Shown here in pieces: positions 51,443-61,671 of a stretch of DNA of 64,000 nucleotides; the first letter of the stretch is position 1, and every line of letters starts with the position of its first letter. Below the pieces are notes generated by a model. It was given only the letters and a program-made list of their open reading frames with translations. It was not told where the DNA came from and searched no databases. The DNA lies in contig AP024596.1 of assembly GCA_019704295.1 (NCBI GenBank), positions 1,312,001 to 1,376,000 on the forward strand, read 5' to 3'. The translations under genes and the position numbers were made by a program. The stretch comes from Sulfolobales archaeon HS-7. GTDB lineage: Archaea > Thermoproteota > Thermoprotei_A > Sulfolobales > Sulfolobaceae.

Positions 51443-52405
51443 CTACTTCCTCTTAATTCTTAACTGATCAGGATGGGTAAGAGTATTATATCCTATTTTT
51501 TCATATATTTTATAGTTTTCGTAATTATCATATATTTTATTTTTAATAATATTAAGAAAATTAATAAACTCCTTTCTAATTACACTCCCCTCAAGAATTG
51601 CGGTAAACATCTCTTTCCTTTTTCTATTTTCAATATCAAATCCTAAGGAAATCTTATCAACCTTGCCCATTACTAAGTATTTATCTAAATTTTGAAAAAA
51701 ATCACTCAAGGACTCGTCCGGTATCAAAATGGGAGACAAAGCCAGGTAATAATCAGTATCAGTATCAATTGGAACGGAATCGCTTGTCGCATTTAGTTCT
51801 ATTACTCTACCTTCACCTCCTAAATTAGCAAATTTTTGATCGATATTTTCGAATAAGCTGTCGTTGCCATTTATGAATATTACGTAATTTACATTACCCT
51901 TGAAAGACAAATACCTAGCGGAATATAGATAATGTTCCTCCGCTGTCTTGGTATTCCTTCTGATCTTTATTCCTACCCTCCTCTGGAAGTGTATTACATC
52001 AAATAGTTTGTTCTTATTATAAAATAAATCATAGATTTCCTTTTCCCAACTTTCATACTTTTCACCTAATTTATCTATATTGTACAGAACAGAAAGATCG
52101 ATTTGATCTACTAAAGCGAACAAATTGCCCATTCTAAGTGGAAATAGGTATTTCTCGTTTACTTCTACCAAAGTACCATAAATTGTTATATTGCCCAATA
52201 AGTGATCAAGTTTTAGTAACCAATTGTCCCTAGGATTAGTTTTCAAATTGTCATACTTTAAGGAGCCAAGCATTCCAGCAACGGTTGAAGGCCTAGGTAT
52301 TATTAACGACTCAGCAAAATTATGGGAACCGGTAACTAGCGGTTCAAATTCACCTTGACTCCTTAACATCAAAGGTTCAACGTTTTTTAATGTAATCTTA
52401 ATCAT
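51443..52405 (-). CDS. cmr3: Type III-B CRISPR RAMP Cmr3
   Basis: EPLMLR, PRPSTVAG, VGIKI.R..KTAEE..LY, LGGEGR. Confidence 0.92.
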   Translation of the reverse strand: MIKITLKNVEPLMLRSQGEFEPLVTGSHNFAESLIIPRPSTVAGMLGSLKYDNLKTNPRDNWLLKLDHLLGNITIYGTLVEVNEKYLFPLRMGNLFALVDQIDLSVLYNIDKLGEKYESWEKEIYDLFYNKNKLFDVIHFQRRVGIKIRRNTKTAEEHYLYSARYLSFKGNVNYVIFINGNDSLFENIDQKFANLGGEGRVIELNATSDSVPIDTDTDYYLALSPILIPDESLSDFFQNLDKYLVMGKVDKISLGFDIENRKRKEMFTAILEGSVIRKEFINFLNIIKNKIYDNYENYKIYEKIGYNTLTHPDQLRIKRK

Positions 52406-55400
52406 TATTTTTCTCCTCCATAAATTATTCTAAGAGTATAGACTATATTAGAAATTATGTCTTCAGGGATTTCTATTGGATAATTTGCAACTTTTAATTT
52501 AACTTCATATAACTCTTCATTAAACATAATTTCCCTATTTTCTCTCTGAGAATTGCTCTTTATCCAGTAATCTAATATAGCTCGAGTAACATATTTCTCA
52601 TTTTCTGAGCTTACAAAAATTAAATCTTTATAATCCTCATAATCATAAAGTAGAGAAGCTGAAATTTTACCTTCATCAATTTCCTTCTTTAATTTTGATA
52701 CTATATCCAGGATAGAGGCTATCTTGCTAAAATCGTTTATGGAGTTCACAATAGGTCTCTTTAAGGATAAGGGAATAACTGAGGTCAATCCTTGATACCT
52801 AAATATAGCGATGTCCTTCTTAACATATTTCAAATCTGTGTCATATTTTATTCTATATCTTACGTTCTCCTTGCCCTCTTTTAACAGATTATAGGAGTCA
52901 TTTACTACAGCAAACAAAGGATCAGCATAGTGGGCTATAATTACAGAGTAGGACCTACCAACAATGGGTAATGAGGGATAATACGCATTATTAATTTTAA
53001 AAAATCCGTTTTCAACCAGCACTTTTCCTATTTTTTCACTTCCGAATCCAGAAAATGCTCTTCTACTTTCCTTAATGAAATCTAAAACCTCGTCTACAGG
53101 CAACATTACTAATAAGTCGTCTCCGCCAGCATAAATTACAAAACCTCTGTGTTTATTCACTATTTCCAGTTCTAAGAGCAAGCCTCTATTTAGCGCAGAT
53201 GAAATTGCTATGTGCCAGGCTGGCGTTATTGTAATTCTATCACTCTTAAATATAGATTCAAAATAGTTAATGGAGTTATCAATATATTTCATATTTTCCT
53301 CTATATTTGATTTCTTTGGACCGAATTTACGCCTAATTTTGGTTTTGTAAAGTTCACAAAAATATATTTTTTCACTACACGGACAAATTTTACTATTAGT
53401 ATTATTTTTCAATTTTAAGAATTTCAAGCATTCTATTATTTTTTTCACATAATCCACTATTGACCCGCTTCCACTATTTATCAAGTAATCTTCAAGGACT
53501 TTATCCAAAATGTCCTTCTTGTCACCTATATTTGCATAATCATCAGAATCTATTATACCTGATAAATATGGCGTTAATTTACCCTCCAATAAGTCTCCTA
53601 AATAGTCACTATCAGCTCTAACTAACGCGTAGTAAGGTGAGGGGAGTGAAGTTCCAATATTTTTAAATATTGAAATATATTCCTTTCTTCTATCCTCTCT
53701 GAACCAATGGTCCTCTGGATTTACACTTATGTCTATTGAGGACAAACTATAATTCCTGTTAAACCAGTTCCACATTGAAATTTTTTCCTTATTCCCTTTT
53801 TTACAAAGTTCCTGTACTTCATCAGTGCATATTTTATCAGCATTTTGTATTAATTTTTCAAATACATTAATTGACGCTATATCAATAGTAGAGGGAATCT
53901 CCATCTCTAATTGATCTTGTAATATATCATTTACTATTTCGTTGACCTCGTACAGATCACCTAAAAGTAAGGTTCTTATCAACCTCGGTTCTACGCCTAA
54001 AACTCTCTTAACAAAACACCAAGGACACAACCTTTCTCCTGGAGAAATGAGCTTTTTTAAATTCTTTGCATCGTTTTGATCTTTAGCTAAGCCTGCGTTA
54101 ACAGCTTTTTTCTCAAATTCCTCTTCTGAAGGCATAATAAGAATTGCAGGTAGAACTCCGCATGAAGTACAGAATTCATAGCCTCTTTTCGACTTCTCAC
54201 CGTATTGAGGTAATTTACCACTCCTTGTTAATTGAAAAAGCTTTAACTCAGAGTCCGGTGTTACCTTAACCAACTTATCCTTCTTAAACTCGCTAACTAA
54301 TTGACGGTACGTCTCATCATAAACTTTCCACGCGTCCGATCTTAAGTGACTTGGTTTTGACTTTGATCGACCCTCAAATATTTTGGATTTGTCTACATGT
54401 ACCTGTTTTACACGAATCCTTAAGGGGGGAGTAAGTAACAGTTCCTCGATTTCTTTTAACACTTTGCTTACCAGATTCCAAAAAATCTCATTTTCTCGTC
54501 TTTCAGATTCTCGTCTTTCAGAATATATCTTCAAAGCTTGAATTAGTCTCTTCCATCCCTCAACATATCTTTCCTTTATCTTCGAAATAAAGTAGTTATC
54601 ATCTGGAAGGGAATAATACTTATCCTTGATTTTGCTAAACCCCGGTAAGATAAGTGTAACCCTACCAGGAATTATAGGATATGGAGGAATTTTCAATTTT
54701 TTGAAGAGTTCATCCCCATTGAATATGTAGTTAATTACTAAATGCTCAACGTCATCTACCACTTCACGATTTAAACTTCTTTCCCTTTCCATCCTCAATT
54801 TTTCTAGAAGATAAAATGCATAAAACTGGTTAAACCTTAGTGATGGAAATAGAACAGTGTCAGGACCGTATTCTTCTATGAACCCTGTAATAACGTACCA
54901 TAGAAGAGATGAGACTATGTAACTGGAAATCCAAATATCCCTAGTTTTTCTTCCCTTACTTATGAAATCTACAACACCTACAGTATCTATACCCAGCAGA
55001 TAACCTGTTTTTCCTCCTGAATAAAACGTAAATATCCAATTCATCATTGCGGCAGTCGCGTAAACATGATCAAATATTGTGTGAGTGGGGTTTCTAGTAT
55101 CAGCCGGTCCTACTGGAAAATTCTCATTTATCCACTCAAGCTCGTATTCAAGATAAAACAGTTGATATAATAACGAGAGGTCATTTTGGAGCGCTTTAAT
55201 ATGCTTATTTAAATGTGATACAAACTTTTTCCCTAATTCGAGATTAAAGCGAGTGTTAGGATTTCTATCACGCAATAAAGGAAAACTTGATAATTCATAC
55301 TTGTCATTTACATAGATAGTTGGTTGTGTAATATTTTTTAAAAATATGTTGATTTCAGGAAATAAACTGCTATATCCATATACAACGCTACCTAAATATC

Positions 55401-55698
55401 TATCAACAGAAGATGACAAATGATCAGCATTTTTAGTATCTTGTTCTTCCTTTTCACTTTTATTACCCTTCTTAGTATTAGAGTCTCCTTTTTGATAAAA
55501 TTTGTCAAAGCTGATATTGGTATCATTAAAAAGACCCTCAATTAAACGTTTTGCTTCAGTACCGTGTTTAAGCCTTTTTTGCGAAGAGGTCGCTTGAGGA
55601 TTCCAGCTTATTAATGCTGGTTTATTAGGCGGATCGTGTAATAGCGCTAGAATTTTACGTAAGATATACTCTTTAACATCAATTCCTTTGTTACTCAT
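52405..55698 (-). CDS. cas10: Type III-B Cas10/Cmr2 with HD and cyclase palm domains
   Basis: LLHDPP.K, PADTR.P.HTIFDH, CTSCG...LCPWC, IYAGGDD. Confidence 0.96.
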   Translation of the reverse strand: MSNKGIDVKEYILRKILALLHDPPNKPALISWNPQATSSQKRLKHGTEAKRLIEGLFNDTNISFDKFYQKGDSNTKKGNKSEKEEQDTKNADHLSSSVDRYLGSVVYGYSSLFPEINIFLKNITQPTIYVNDKYELSSFPLLRDRNPNTRFNLELGKKFVSHLNKHIKALQNDLSLLYQLFYLEYELEWINENFPVGPADTRNPTHTIFDHVYATAAMMNWIFTFYSGGKTGYLLGIDTVGVVDFISKGRKTRDIWISSYIVSSLLWYVITGFIEEYGPDTVLFPSLRFNQFYAFYLLEKLRMERERSLNREVVDDVEHLVINYIFNGDELFKKLKIPPYPIIPGRVTLILPGFSKIKDKYYSLPDDNYFISKIKERYVEGWKRLIQALKIYSERRESERRENEIFWNLVSKVLKEIEELLLTPPLRIRVKQVHVDKSKIFEGRSKSKPSHLRSDAWKVYDETYRQLVSEFKKDKLVKVTPDSELKLFQLTRSGKLPQYGEKSKRGYEFCTSCGVLPAILIMPSEEEFEKKAVNAGLAKDQNDAKNLKKLISPGERLCPWCFVKRVLGVEPRLIRTLLLGDLYEVNEIVNDILQDQLEMEIPSTIDIASINVFEKLIQNADKICTDEVQELCKKGNKEKISMWNWFNRNYSLSSIDISVNPEDHWFREDRRKEYISIFKNIGTSLPSPYYALVRADSDYLGDLLEGKLTPYLSGIIDSDDYANIGDKKDILDKVLEDYLINSGSGSIVDYVKKIIECLKFLKLKNNTNSKICPCSEKIYFCELYKTKIRRKFGPKKSNIEENMKYIDNSINYFESIFKSDRITITPAWHIAISSALNRGLLLELEIVNKHRGFVIYAGGDDLLVMLPVDEVLDFIKESRRAFSGFGSEKIGKVLVENGFFKINNAYYPSLPIVGRSYSVIIAHYADPLFAVVNDSYNLLKEGKENVRYRIKYDTDLKYVKKDIAIFRYQGLTSVIPLSLKRPIVNSINDFSKIASILDIVSKLKKEIDEGKISASLLYDYEDYKDLIFVSSENEKYVTRAILDYWIKSNSQRENREIMFNEELYEVKLKVANYPIEIPEDIISNIVYTLRIIYGGEK

Positions 55699-55699
55699 T

Positions 55700-56539
55700 T
55701 TACCTCACAACCTCTGTCCCAGTCAGCTCGAATAACGAATATCCAACTGAAGTCCTTGCCCCCAGACCCTTTGTCACAATTGAAGGTAGTGTATCACATA
55801 TTCGCTTTCCTACGTCTTCTCTTTTGTAGTAAATTAGGAATCTAAACGTGACCCCAGGGGCAATTGCTAAATGTATAATAGGTTTAGGTTCTGAGTCAGC
55901 TTCAGACTTCCTCTTATTGTATTGAGGGGTAATTACGTCAGGTACGAATAAGAAATTCCTTATCCTCACCGGGTATGCGTCAGTAAAGTTTACATTTCCC
56001 TCTTTTTCCGTGTCACCAAATATTTCGTTAACATCTTGTATACTGAATTTATCCTCAATATAACTCCTTATGATACCTTTAATTTCAGAAGCGGGTATGT
56101 ATGGAGAATTCATATATGGGTCAAAGGAAATCCCCGAGTCAAAAATTAGCTTGCCTAAAGACGTTGAAACCCCAATTATAGCTCTTGTTTTTGTAGTTAT
56201 CTCGAGGTCTACTATCAAATATTTTAACGACTTTAGTACCTTTTTAAGGTTATTAAAGTACTTAATTGTTCTCTCACAGTCTAGCTTAAAGTTATTTGAG
56301 ATCAGCTCAGCAAGCTCCCTCTTAAATAGACTCTTTTTATCTTTTTTAATTATAAGACTATATTTTAGAAGAGGATACTTAGCATTAGGTACGCGTTTTT
56401 TTGAAATAAATAGTTTAAAATCGTTATTGATGTTATTATATACTACACTAGTTAGACTCAGTGCTGAGAATAAATTCACATCTTCCTTATACGTTAGCTC
56501 ATTTATAATACGAAATACTAAATTCGAATCTTTTGTCAT
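55700..56539 (-). CDS. cmr6: Type III-B RAMP Cmr6
   Basis: PYIPASEIKG, FTDAYP, DVITP.Y, GLGARTSVGY. Confidence 0.93.
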   Translation of the reverse strand: MTKDSNLVFRIINELTYKEDVNLFSALSLTSVVYNNINNDFKLFISKKRVPNAKYPLLKYSLIIKKDKKSLFKRELAELISNNFKLDCERTIKYFNNLKKVLKSLKYLIVDLEITTKTRAIIGVSTSLGKLIFDSGISFDPYMNSPYIPASEIKGIIRSYIEDKFSIQDVNEIFGDTEKEGNVNFTDAYPVRIRNFLFVPDVITPQYNKRKSEADSEPKPIIHLAIAPGVTFRFLIYYKREDVGKRICDTLPSIVTKGLGARTSVGYSLFELTGTEVVR

Positions 56540-57972
56540 GTTTTACTCACGCAGTCTGCCATAGTTTTAAGATCCTTCGATATCATACAATAGTTATCCT
56601 CAACCAAATTCTGTACATACTTAATGTATGATGGAATTAATAAATATGTTAAAAGGAAAGATTTATTGCTATCTATATTTAATATCTTAAATCTCAAAGC
56701 TGATGACTTACTTCCTTTTGAGTAAAATTTTTTGTGAAGTTCTTCGATTGAGAATTTATAATTGTGGTCTTTATCTCTTGACGATGTTCGGTGAATACTG
56801 CCTTTTTGTTTCTTATTTAATCCATGTCCACAAAACAGCTTTAGAAATACTGATCGGTTTTGGATAAGTTGGGTGCATTTACCCCTTTCTGTGGTTGCTT
56901 CAGGTATAGCATTAAGTGTATCCTCTATTTTATTAGGATTAATCTCGTTCACAAATATCACTTTCTCCGGAAACGCTTCTGGAATAAAATAATAGTATGC
57001 TGAATCATCCTTAGCGTCTGCTTCTATTAATTTTTTATCAGGAAGAATAATATTATATTCAGTTGCTTTATGAATTAAATATGCCAGTTTATCCTTAAGC
57101 TCTTTTTCGTTTTTTACCTTTAAAAACTCCTTAATATAATTTTCTAAGTCGCTGCATACGCTGTCATAGCACTTAACATCCATTATAGACAAACTACCAA
57201 ATCCCCTGGTAGTTTTCCTTCCAAGCCCTCCCAGTAAAAGGTAAAGTAATAAGCTATGTAATGCGAACTTAAGTTCAGTATCAAAACGTTTTTTATTCTC
57301 CTCCCCGTTTTCATAATACCTGCGTAAATAAATGTTAAGAGTGAATTCTACTTTTGATCTTATGATAAAACACTCTAAGTAATCAGCTATTAAATTTCGT
57401 AGAATTGCCTCGAGGTTCTCCTTATCTGAAATATTAGTATTAGTTACCTTAATATTATTAAAACTAGACAGTTCAAAGCTAAACAATTTATTCTTATATA
57501 TACTTTCCTTAATTTCATCTTTGTCTAAATTAATTTCATAAGAAAAAGAATTGGGACATTTACAGAGGTTTTCTAATTCGATGATTAATTTATTATCTCT
57601 TAATTCTAAATATATTTTCCCATTATAACCTTTTAAATGACCTGTTACCTCATCTAAGTTTAAATTAGGGAGCTGAAAGGGTTCATCACTTTGCTCAGTT
57701 ACAACCTCTAATCTTATTGAAGATTTCTTGTTCTCACTTCCAAAAACGTCTTCGAAAAACCTATCTATGGCATCATAGGTGTAAAGTTTCTTATCCTTAC
57801 TTTTTGCGTAACTCACAGTGTTAAACAAAACTCTGGTCCACCATCTCCATAAACCCTTAATCTCGGTAGGTCTAACCCACTCTCTATAAAACGAGTTTAC
57901 ACTATGTCTGTTATACCCTCCTGTTAAAGGATAAAGAGTCGATAACTTAAAAGATAATAACAACTCTTCCAT
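56536..57972 (-). CDS. cmr1: Type III-B RAMP Cmr1
   Basis: RPTEIKGLWRWW, FGS, LGGLGRKTTRGFGS. Confidence 0.93.
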   Translation of the reverse strand: MEELLLSFKLSTLYPLTGGYNRHSVNSFYREWVRPTEIKGLWRWWTRVLFNTVSYAKSKDKKLYTYDAIDRFFEDVFGSENKKSSIRLEVVTEQSDEPFQLPNLNLDEVTGHLKGYNGKIYLELRDNKLIIELENLCKCPNSFSYEINLDKDEIKESIYKNKLFSFELSSFNNIKVTNTNISDKENLEAILRNLIADYLECFIIRSKVEFTLNIYLRRYYENGEENKKRFDTELKFALHSLLLYLLLGGLGRKTTRGFGSLSIMDVKCYDSVCSDLENYIKEFLKVKNEKELKDKLAYLIHKATEYNIILPDKKLIEADAKDDSAYYYFIPEAFPEKVIFVNEINPNKIEDTLNAIPEATTERGKCTQLIQNRSVFLKLFCGHGLNKKQKGSIHRTSSRDKDHNYKFSIEELHKKFYSKGSKSSALRFKILNIDSNKSFLLTYLLIPSYIKYVQNLVEDNYCMISKDLKTMADCVSKT

Positions 57973-58443
57973 TCATTTCCCCTCTATCATAGCCTCGGCT
58001 AACCTTTTTATTGCCACTAAATACTTCCTCATTCTAGCGGAGACAATGGGAGACAACTCATATAACATGTCAAGCATTTCTAACCTGTTACACAAGAGTT
58101 TATCAACTATTACTTTTTTATCTATAATATTTCTCTCAGATAAATAATATAGTATAACAAACAAATATGCTGCATATGACGCATTGTCACTTTTACCCAA
58201 ATTAACTCCGGTATACGTAGGAGAATTCAATAGTTCAATGAGATCACTCGCCTTATTTTTATTGTCCTCCAGCCCTGCTTTGGACATTATGTAAAAGAAT
58301 GTAGGGATGAAGCCTGAAGTGTAAATTTCCTCCACCATTTCCCTAGCTCTGCTCCTAAATTTCCTCCTAGAGTCATCATCCCTTAAGGAATTTAATACCT
58401 TATTAAATGCGTTAATCGCTAATTTATAATCATCATAAGACAT
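57973..58443 (-). CDS. cmr5: Type III-B small subunit Cmr5
   Basis: FRSRAR...I.TSG..PT.F...SK, KRLAEAMIE. Confidence 0.92.
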   Translation of the reverse strand: MSYDDYKLAINAFNKVLNSLRDDDSRRKFRSRAREMVEEIYTSGFIPTFFYIMSKAGLEDNKNKASDLIELLNSPTYTGVNLGKSDNASYAAYLFVILYYLSERNIIDKKVIVDKLLCNRLEMLDMLYELSPIVSARMRKYLVAIKRLAEAMIEGK

Positions 58444-59287
58444 CTCTACCCCACCTTAATTCCACTATTCCTTTCCCTATTGTTTCCTTACCTCCCAAAA
58501 TAACGTAATTCAAATTCCTTAAAATACAGTTTACGAATATTGCGCTCTCCTTACTCTCCTTGCCTAAAAACGATGAAAAAAAGAGAGTCCTCATCGGCAC
58601 ATACTCCTCAGACCACAAGCCACCAATTTCTGTCGTCTTTCTATTCCTATCAATTTTAATCCTCTTAATCCTAATTAAAGACCTATTAACTATTTCCGCA
58701 CCTATTGAATCTTCCAACACCAATAGAGGAACGTCGTCAGTTACGTTGGAAAGATTTGCTTTTAAAGGTTCTAATTCAACTTGGAAGTCCTCGTTTAAGA
58801 TAACTTTTTTCAGATCTTCTTTTAACGTAATGTTTACTCCTTGCTTACAAACTATACTATCAATTGTATTTCTTAGATTGAAAAGGGCATTAGATAATTG
58901 AGAAATAGACTCTAGATACAACTTAGCTTTCTTTAGGAGCTCATATGTTGTAACGTAAACCCAGATATAAGGTGTAGCACTGTTTATTGCTATAACTCTG
59001 GAGGGTATAGCAAAAAGTATCGCATCCAAAAAAGTACCCAGAGAGGCTTCTTCTTGATTCTCATCATCGCCCAATACTTTGTAAATAACGTCTCTCTTAT
59101 TAGGTAATTCCTTTAAGAGAAAGGATTTAATCGCTCCTTTAAAGCTTGAAGCGTATATCGTTGGATAACCTAACTCATCCCTCTGAAAGGGTAAATCTAC
59201 CTCCTCTTCTACAGTTAAGCCTGAACCGACGTGTAAGTGGGTAATCGCTCGAGAAAAAAATGGTTCAGAAAAAGCGTAGTACACCAT
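58433..59287 (-). CDS. cmr4: Type III-B RAMP Cmr4
   Basis: LHVGSG...VDLPFQRD, YASSFKGA, LWSEEYVP, LGGKETIGKG. Confidence 0.95.
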   Translation of the reverse strand: MVYYAFSEPFFSRAITHLHVGSGLTVEEEVDLPFQRDELGYPTIYASSFKGAIKSFLLKELPNKRDVIYKVLGDDENQEEASLGTFLDAILFAIPSRVIAINSATPYIWVYVTTYELLKKAKLYLESISQLSNALFNLRNTIDSIVCKQGVNITLKEDLKKVILNEDFQVELEPLKANLSNVTDDVPLLVLEDSIGAEIVNRSLIRIKRIKIDRNRKTTEIGGLWSEEYVPMRTLFFSSFLGKESKESAIFVNCILRNLNYVILGGKETIGKGIVELRWGRDVL

Positions 59288-59297
59288 AAAGTTTTCC

Positions 59298-59888
59298 TCA
59301 GGACTTAAGGGTATAGTAACTAACTATTTCGTTGAGTTTTTTCTTCAAGTCCTCTATAGCATCAGGGTCATCAATTTTATATAGTTCATTTATTCCTTTC
59401 ATATTATTATCATCAATATTTAAGGAATTATATTCAGTTCTGCCTACAGATTCATTTTCTTGTAATGATAGATTAATTGTTACGTCATCTTTAAGATAGA
59501 AGTCAGATTTCCTTATGAAATATAGCTTATTCGTTACTTCATGTTTTGCGAAAGTTATAGTTTTTACTTTATATTGATTATTATTTTGTTTGATTTGACC
59601 ACCTATGAGAATTCCTCGAACGTAATCGCAAGGATCTAAGGTTGAAACTAACCGAAAACTTTTTTTATCTACAGCGTAACCTGTAAGAACTAAAATATTG
59701 TGAATTACCACGAATTTTTTATTATTATCATCACTTTTTTGCTCTATTTTAGAAATATGATTACTGTTTTCTAGTTGGACCTTAAATTCTCCTGAATTTC
59801 CATTTCCTATAGAAAAAATTTTTTCCTTCTCTGAGCTTAGCTCATATTTTGCCCCATTTACTAGAGGAACAAACGTGTAATTACTCAT
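59298..59888 (-). CDS. cmr7: Cmr7 (Sulfolobales-specific Cmr-beta subunit)
   Basis: 196 aa, first gene of a cmr7-4-5-1-6-2-3 operon as in Saccharolobus Cmr-beta; VLTGYAVD...LDPCDYV.GILI motif. Confidence 0.85.
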   Translation of the reverse strand: MSNYTFVPLVNGAKYELSSEKEKIFSIGNGNSGEFKVQLENSNHISKIEQKSDDNNKKFVVIHNILVLTGYAVDKKSFRLVSTLDPCDYVRGILIGGQIKQNNNQYKVKTITFAKHEVTNKLYFIRKSDFYLKDDVTINLSLQENESVGRTEYNSLNIDDNNMKGINELYKIDDPDAIEDLKKKLNEIVSYYTLKS

Positions 59889-60339
59889 GTTTAATATACT
59901 TTAATAACTCAACTATTTAAAAGTTGGGCAATTAAGGTGTAAATTACGAATTCATTTTATTTCATAGAAATAAAATTAGAATGACTGATCGCACATGGAG
60001 CAATGTAGTACCGATCGTGGACTAGTAATGAGTTACATCGTCCTAAGCACAATTTACGAGATATTGTAGAATTCATAATTAATGTTGCTTACCTCATAGA
60101 CCGATTCTCTGAAGAGGTGTAAGTGTCCTGAATTCCATTGTAGAAAGAAGCTTAAGGAGATGTAGAGGTAGATTATATAGTATGTATCTAATTCGTTTTA
60201 ACGTAATCCCTCTTAAGAGTTTTCCTATTTGTGTTTAGTAATACTTATTTTTCCTATAAAAACTTAGTTTTTAAACAAATAGACTTTTGTTGCATGACGA
60301 ACTCTGTCGGCATACCCTTGCACTTCACATTATTTATCT

Positions 60340-60768
60340 TTAGCACCTGAGTAGCTTTTTACCGATATCTGCTAACTCAATTCTGAGTATCCAAACTCTT
60401 TTAATTTCGGACACCTTATCGAAGTCCCTGTCCTCGCTCACTATTTTGCTTATTGAGTTATTTAACATCACGGCAAGGTGAAATGCGTTCGAGGGCTTGA
60501 AACCCCCTATCACAAATTCCTTAGTTTTCCTGTAATCCTCTGAGGTAATGGGAAGAAGGGTCGAGTTTGGCAACACTATTTCGTCCAGGAACTTTACGGT
60601 GTCCTCGTACTTAACGTTGTATCTCTTTTTAGAGACGTAAATTACCTCGTCAAGGACTAAGGGATCTACCGTCAAGTTCTCCTCAGCGACGAGCTTAACG
60701 TAAAATTCCTCGACTTCCCTTACACCCAGGTTTAAGTATATTAGGAAGTTCGCGTCTAAAAACATCAA
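60340..60768 (-). CDS. vapC: PIN-domain toxin VapC
   Basis: FLDANFL, VLDEV, SEDRDFD; the third acidic position reads N (PSNAFH). Confidence 0.9.
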   Translation of the reverse strand: MMFLDANFLIYLNLGVREVEEFYVKLVAEENLTVDPLVLDEVIYVSKKRYNVKYEDTVKFLDEIVLPNSTLLPITSEDYRKTKEFVIGGFKPSNAFHLAVMLNNSISKIVSEDRDFDKVSEIKRVWILRIELADIGKKLLRC

Positions 60769-61025
60769 CTATCGAATTCCTCCTCCAGGACCGAGCCAGC
60801 TAATTCGCCGAGCTTAACTTTCCTAGCGTAGGAGACCCTCTCCCTATGCTCCTCAAGCTTCTCGGTGAGGTAGCTAATATCTACTCTTCTATCAGGTTCC
60901 AGCACAAGCCTGCCGTTATCTCCCTTTATAGATAGGGTATCACCCTCCCTTATTCCCATGGGCTCATGAACGCTTTTCGGAATTATCATGTAACCCTTCT
61001 TTCTAACCTCTACTCCTAGAGTCAA
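60765..61025 (-). CDS. vapB: AbrB/MazE-type antitoxin
   Basis: V.KKGY.IIPK....MGIREGD.L; 4-bp overlap with vapC. Confidence 0.85.
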   Translation of the reverse strand: MTLGVEVRKKGYMIIPKSVHEPMGIREGDTLSIKGDNGRLVLEPDRRVDISYLTEKLEEHRERVSYARKVKLGELAGSVLEEEFDS

Positions 61026-61399
61026 ATTGGTTTCTTAAAGTTGTTCTGGTTAAACCAATATTAAAGACTTTTAGGATAGTTGAGTACCTTTAACGAAGAT
61101 CGAAATTTAGAGATAAGGAGTGTTTAATTCATAATTGTATAAATAATTAAATAAAGTAAAAAGTAATTAAACGTATTTAGAATTTAATTTTAAATTATGT
61201 GATATATTAAAAGTCAGTTTGTTGAGTGTGATTTCATGTAATCTGAATTACGTCAGTGTACACTTTCAAGGTGTTAAGTTCAAGCCAAAACCCTCACTAT
61301 TTCACCTAAATATACCGAAAGAGTCATCATACATTACATTTTTAGAAATTTAGTAACTTATAAGGGGTTGAATCCGTATATAACATATGCCTATCTCGC

Positions 61400-61671
61400 C
61401 GTTAACGTAAGTTGGATAAAAACACCGTACGCAAGGTCGTGAAATTAGTGGAAATGATAAGTTAATTAAGAGATATTCTGTTTAGTCTTCTATTCATTTT
61501 TTATTTCATACAAGAATTCGGCAACCCCACGTAATACCAAAATATGTATAACAGAACATATATTTTTAGACGTAAATTATCGACGGCAACCTCACGTAAC
61601 CTCTAGGGAGAGCGAGATTGCCGAATTTGATACCGAAAAATTTATGAAGGAGAAAGGACAAAATAAGGAGT
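61400..61671 (+). promoter_or_regulatory. CRISPR leader with BRE-TATA (GAAAAATTTATGAA, 61635-61648)
   Basis: Non-coding region with an archaeal promoter about 25-30 bp before the first repeat. The left boundary is approximate. Confidence 0.75.

Noticed and set aside
1139-58901. Numerous 60-180-aa antisense or out-of-frame ORFs inside long genes (e.g. 3961-4257, 14710-15240, 38446-38871, 46822-47202, 56070-56564)
   Set aside because: Shadow ORFs of well-supported genes, with no independent promoters or motifs.
60126-60150. CTGAATTCCATTGTAGAAAG, loosely like a Sulfolobales 24-nt CRISPR repeat
   Set aside because: Single copy with several mismatches and no periodic neighbours.
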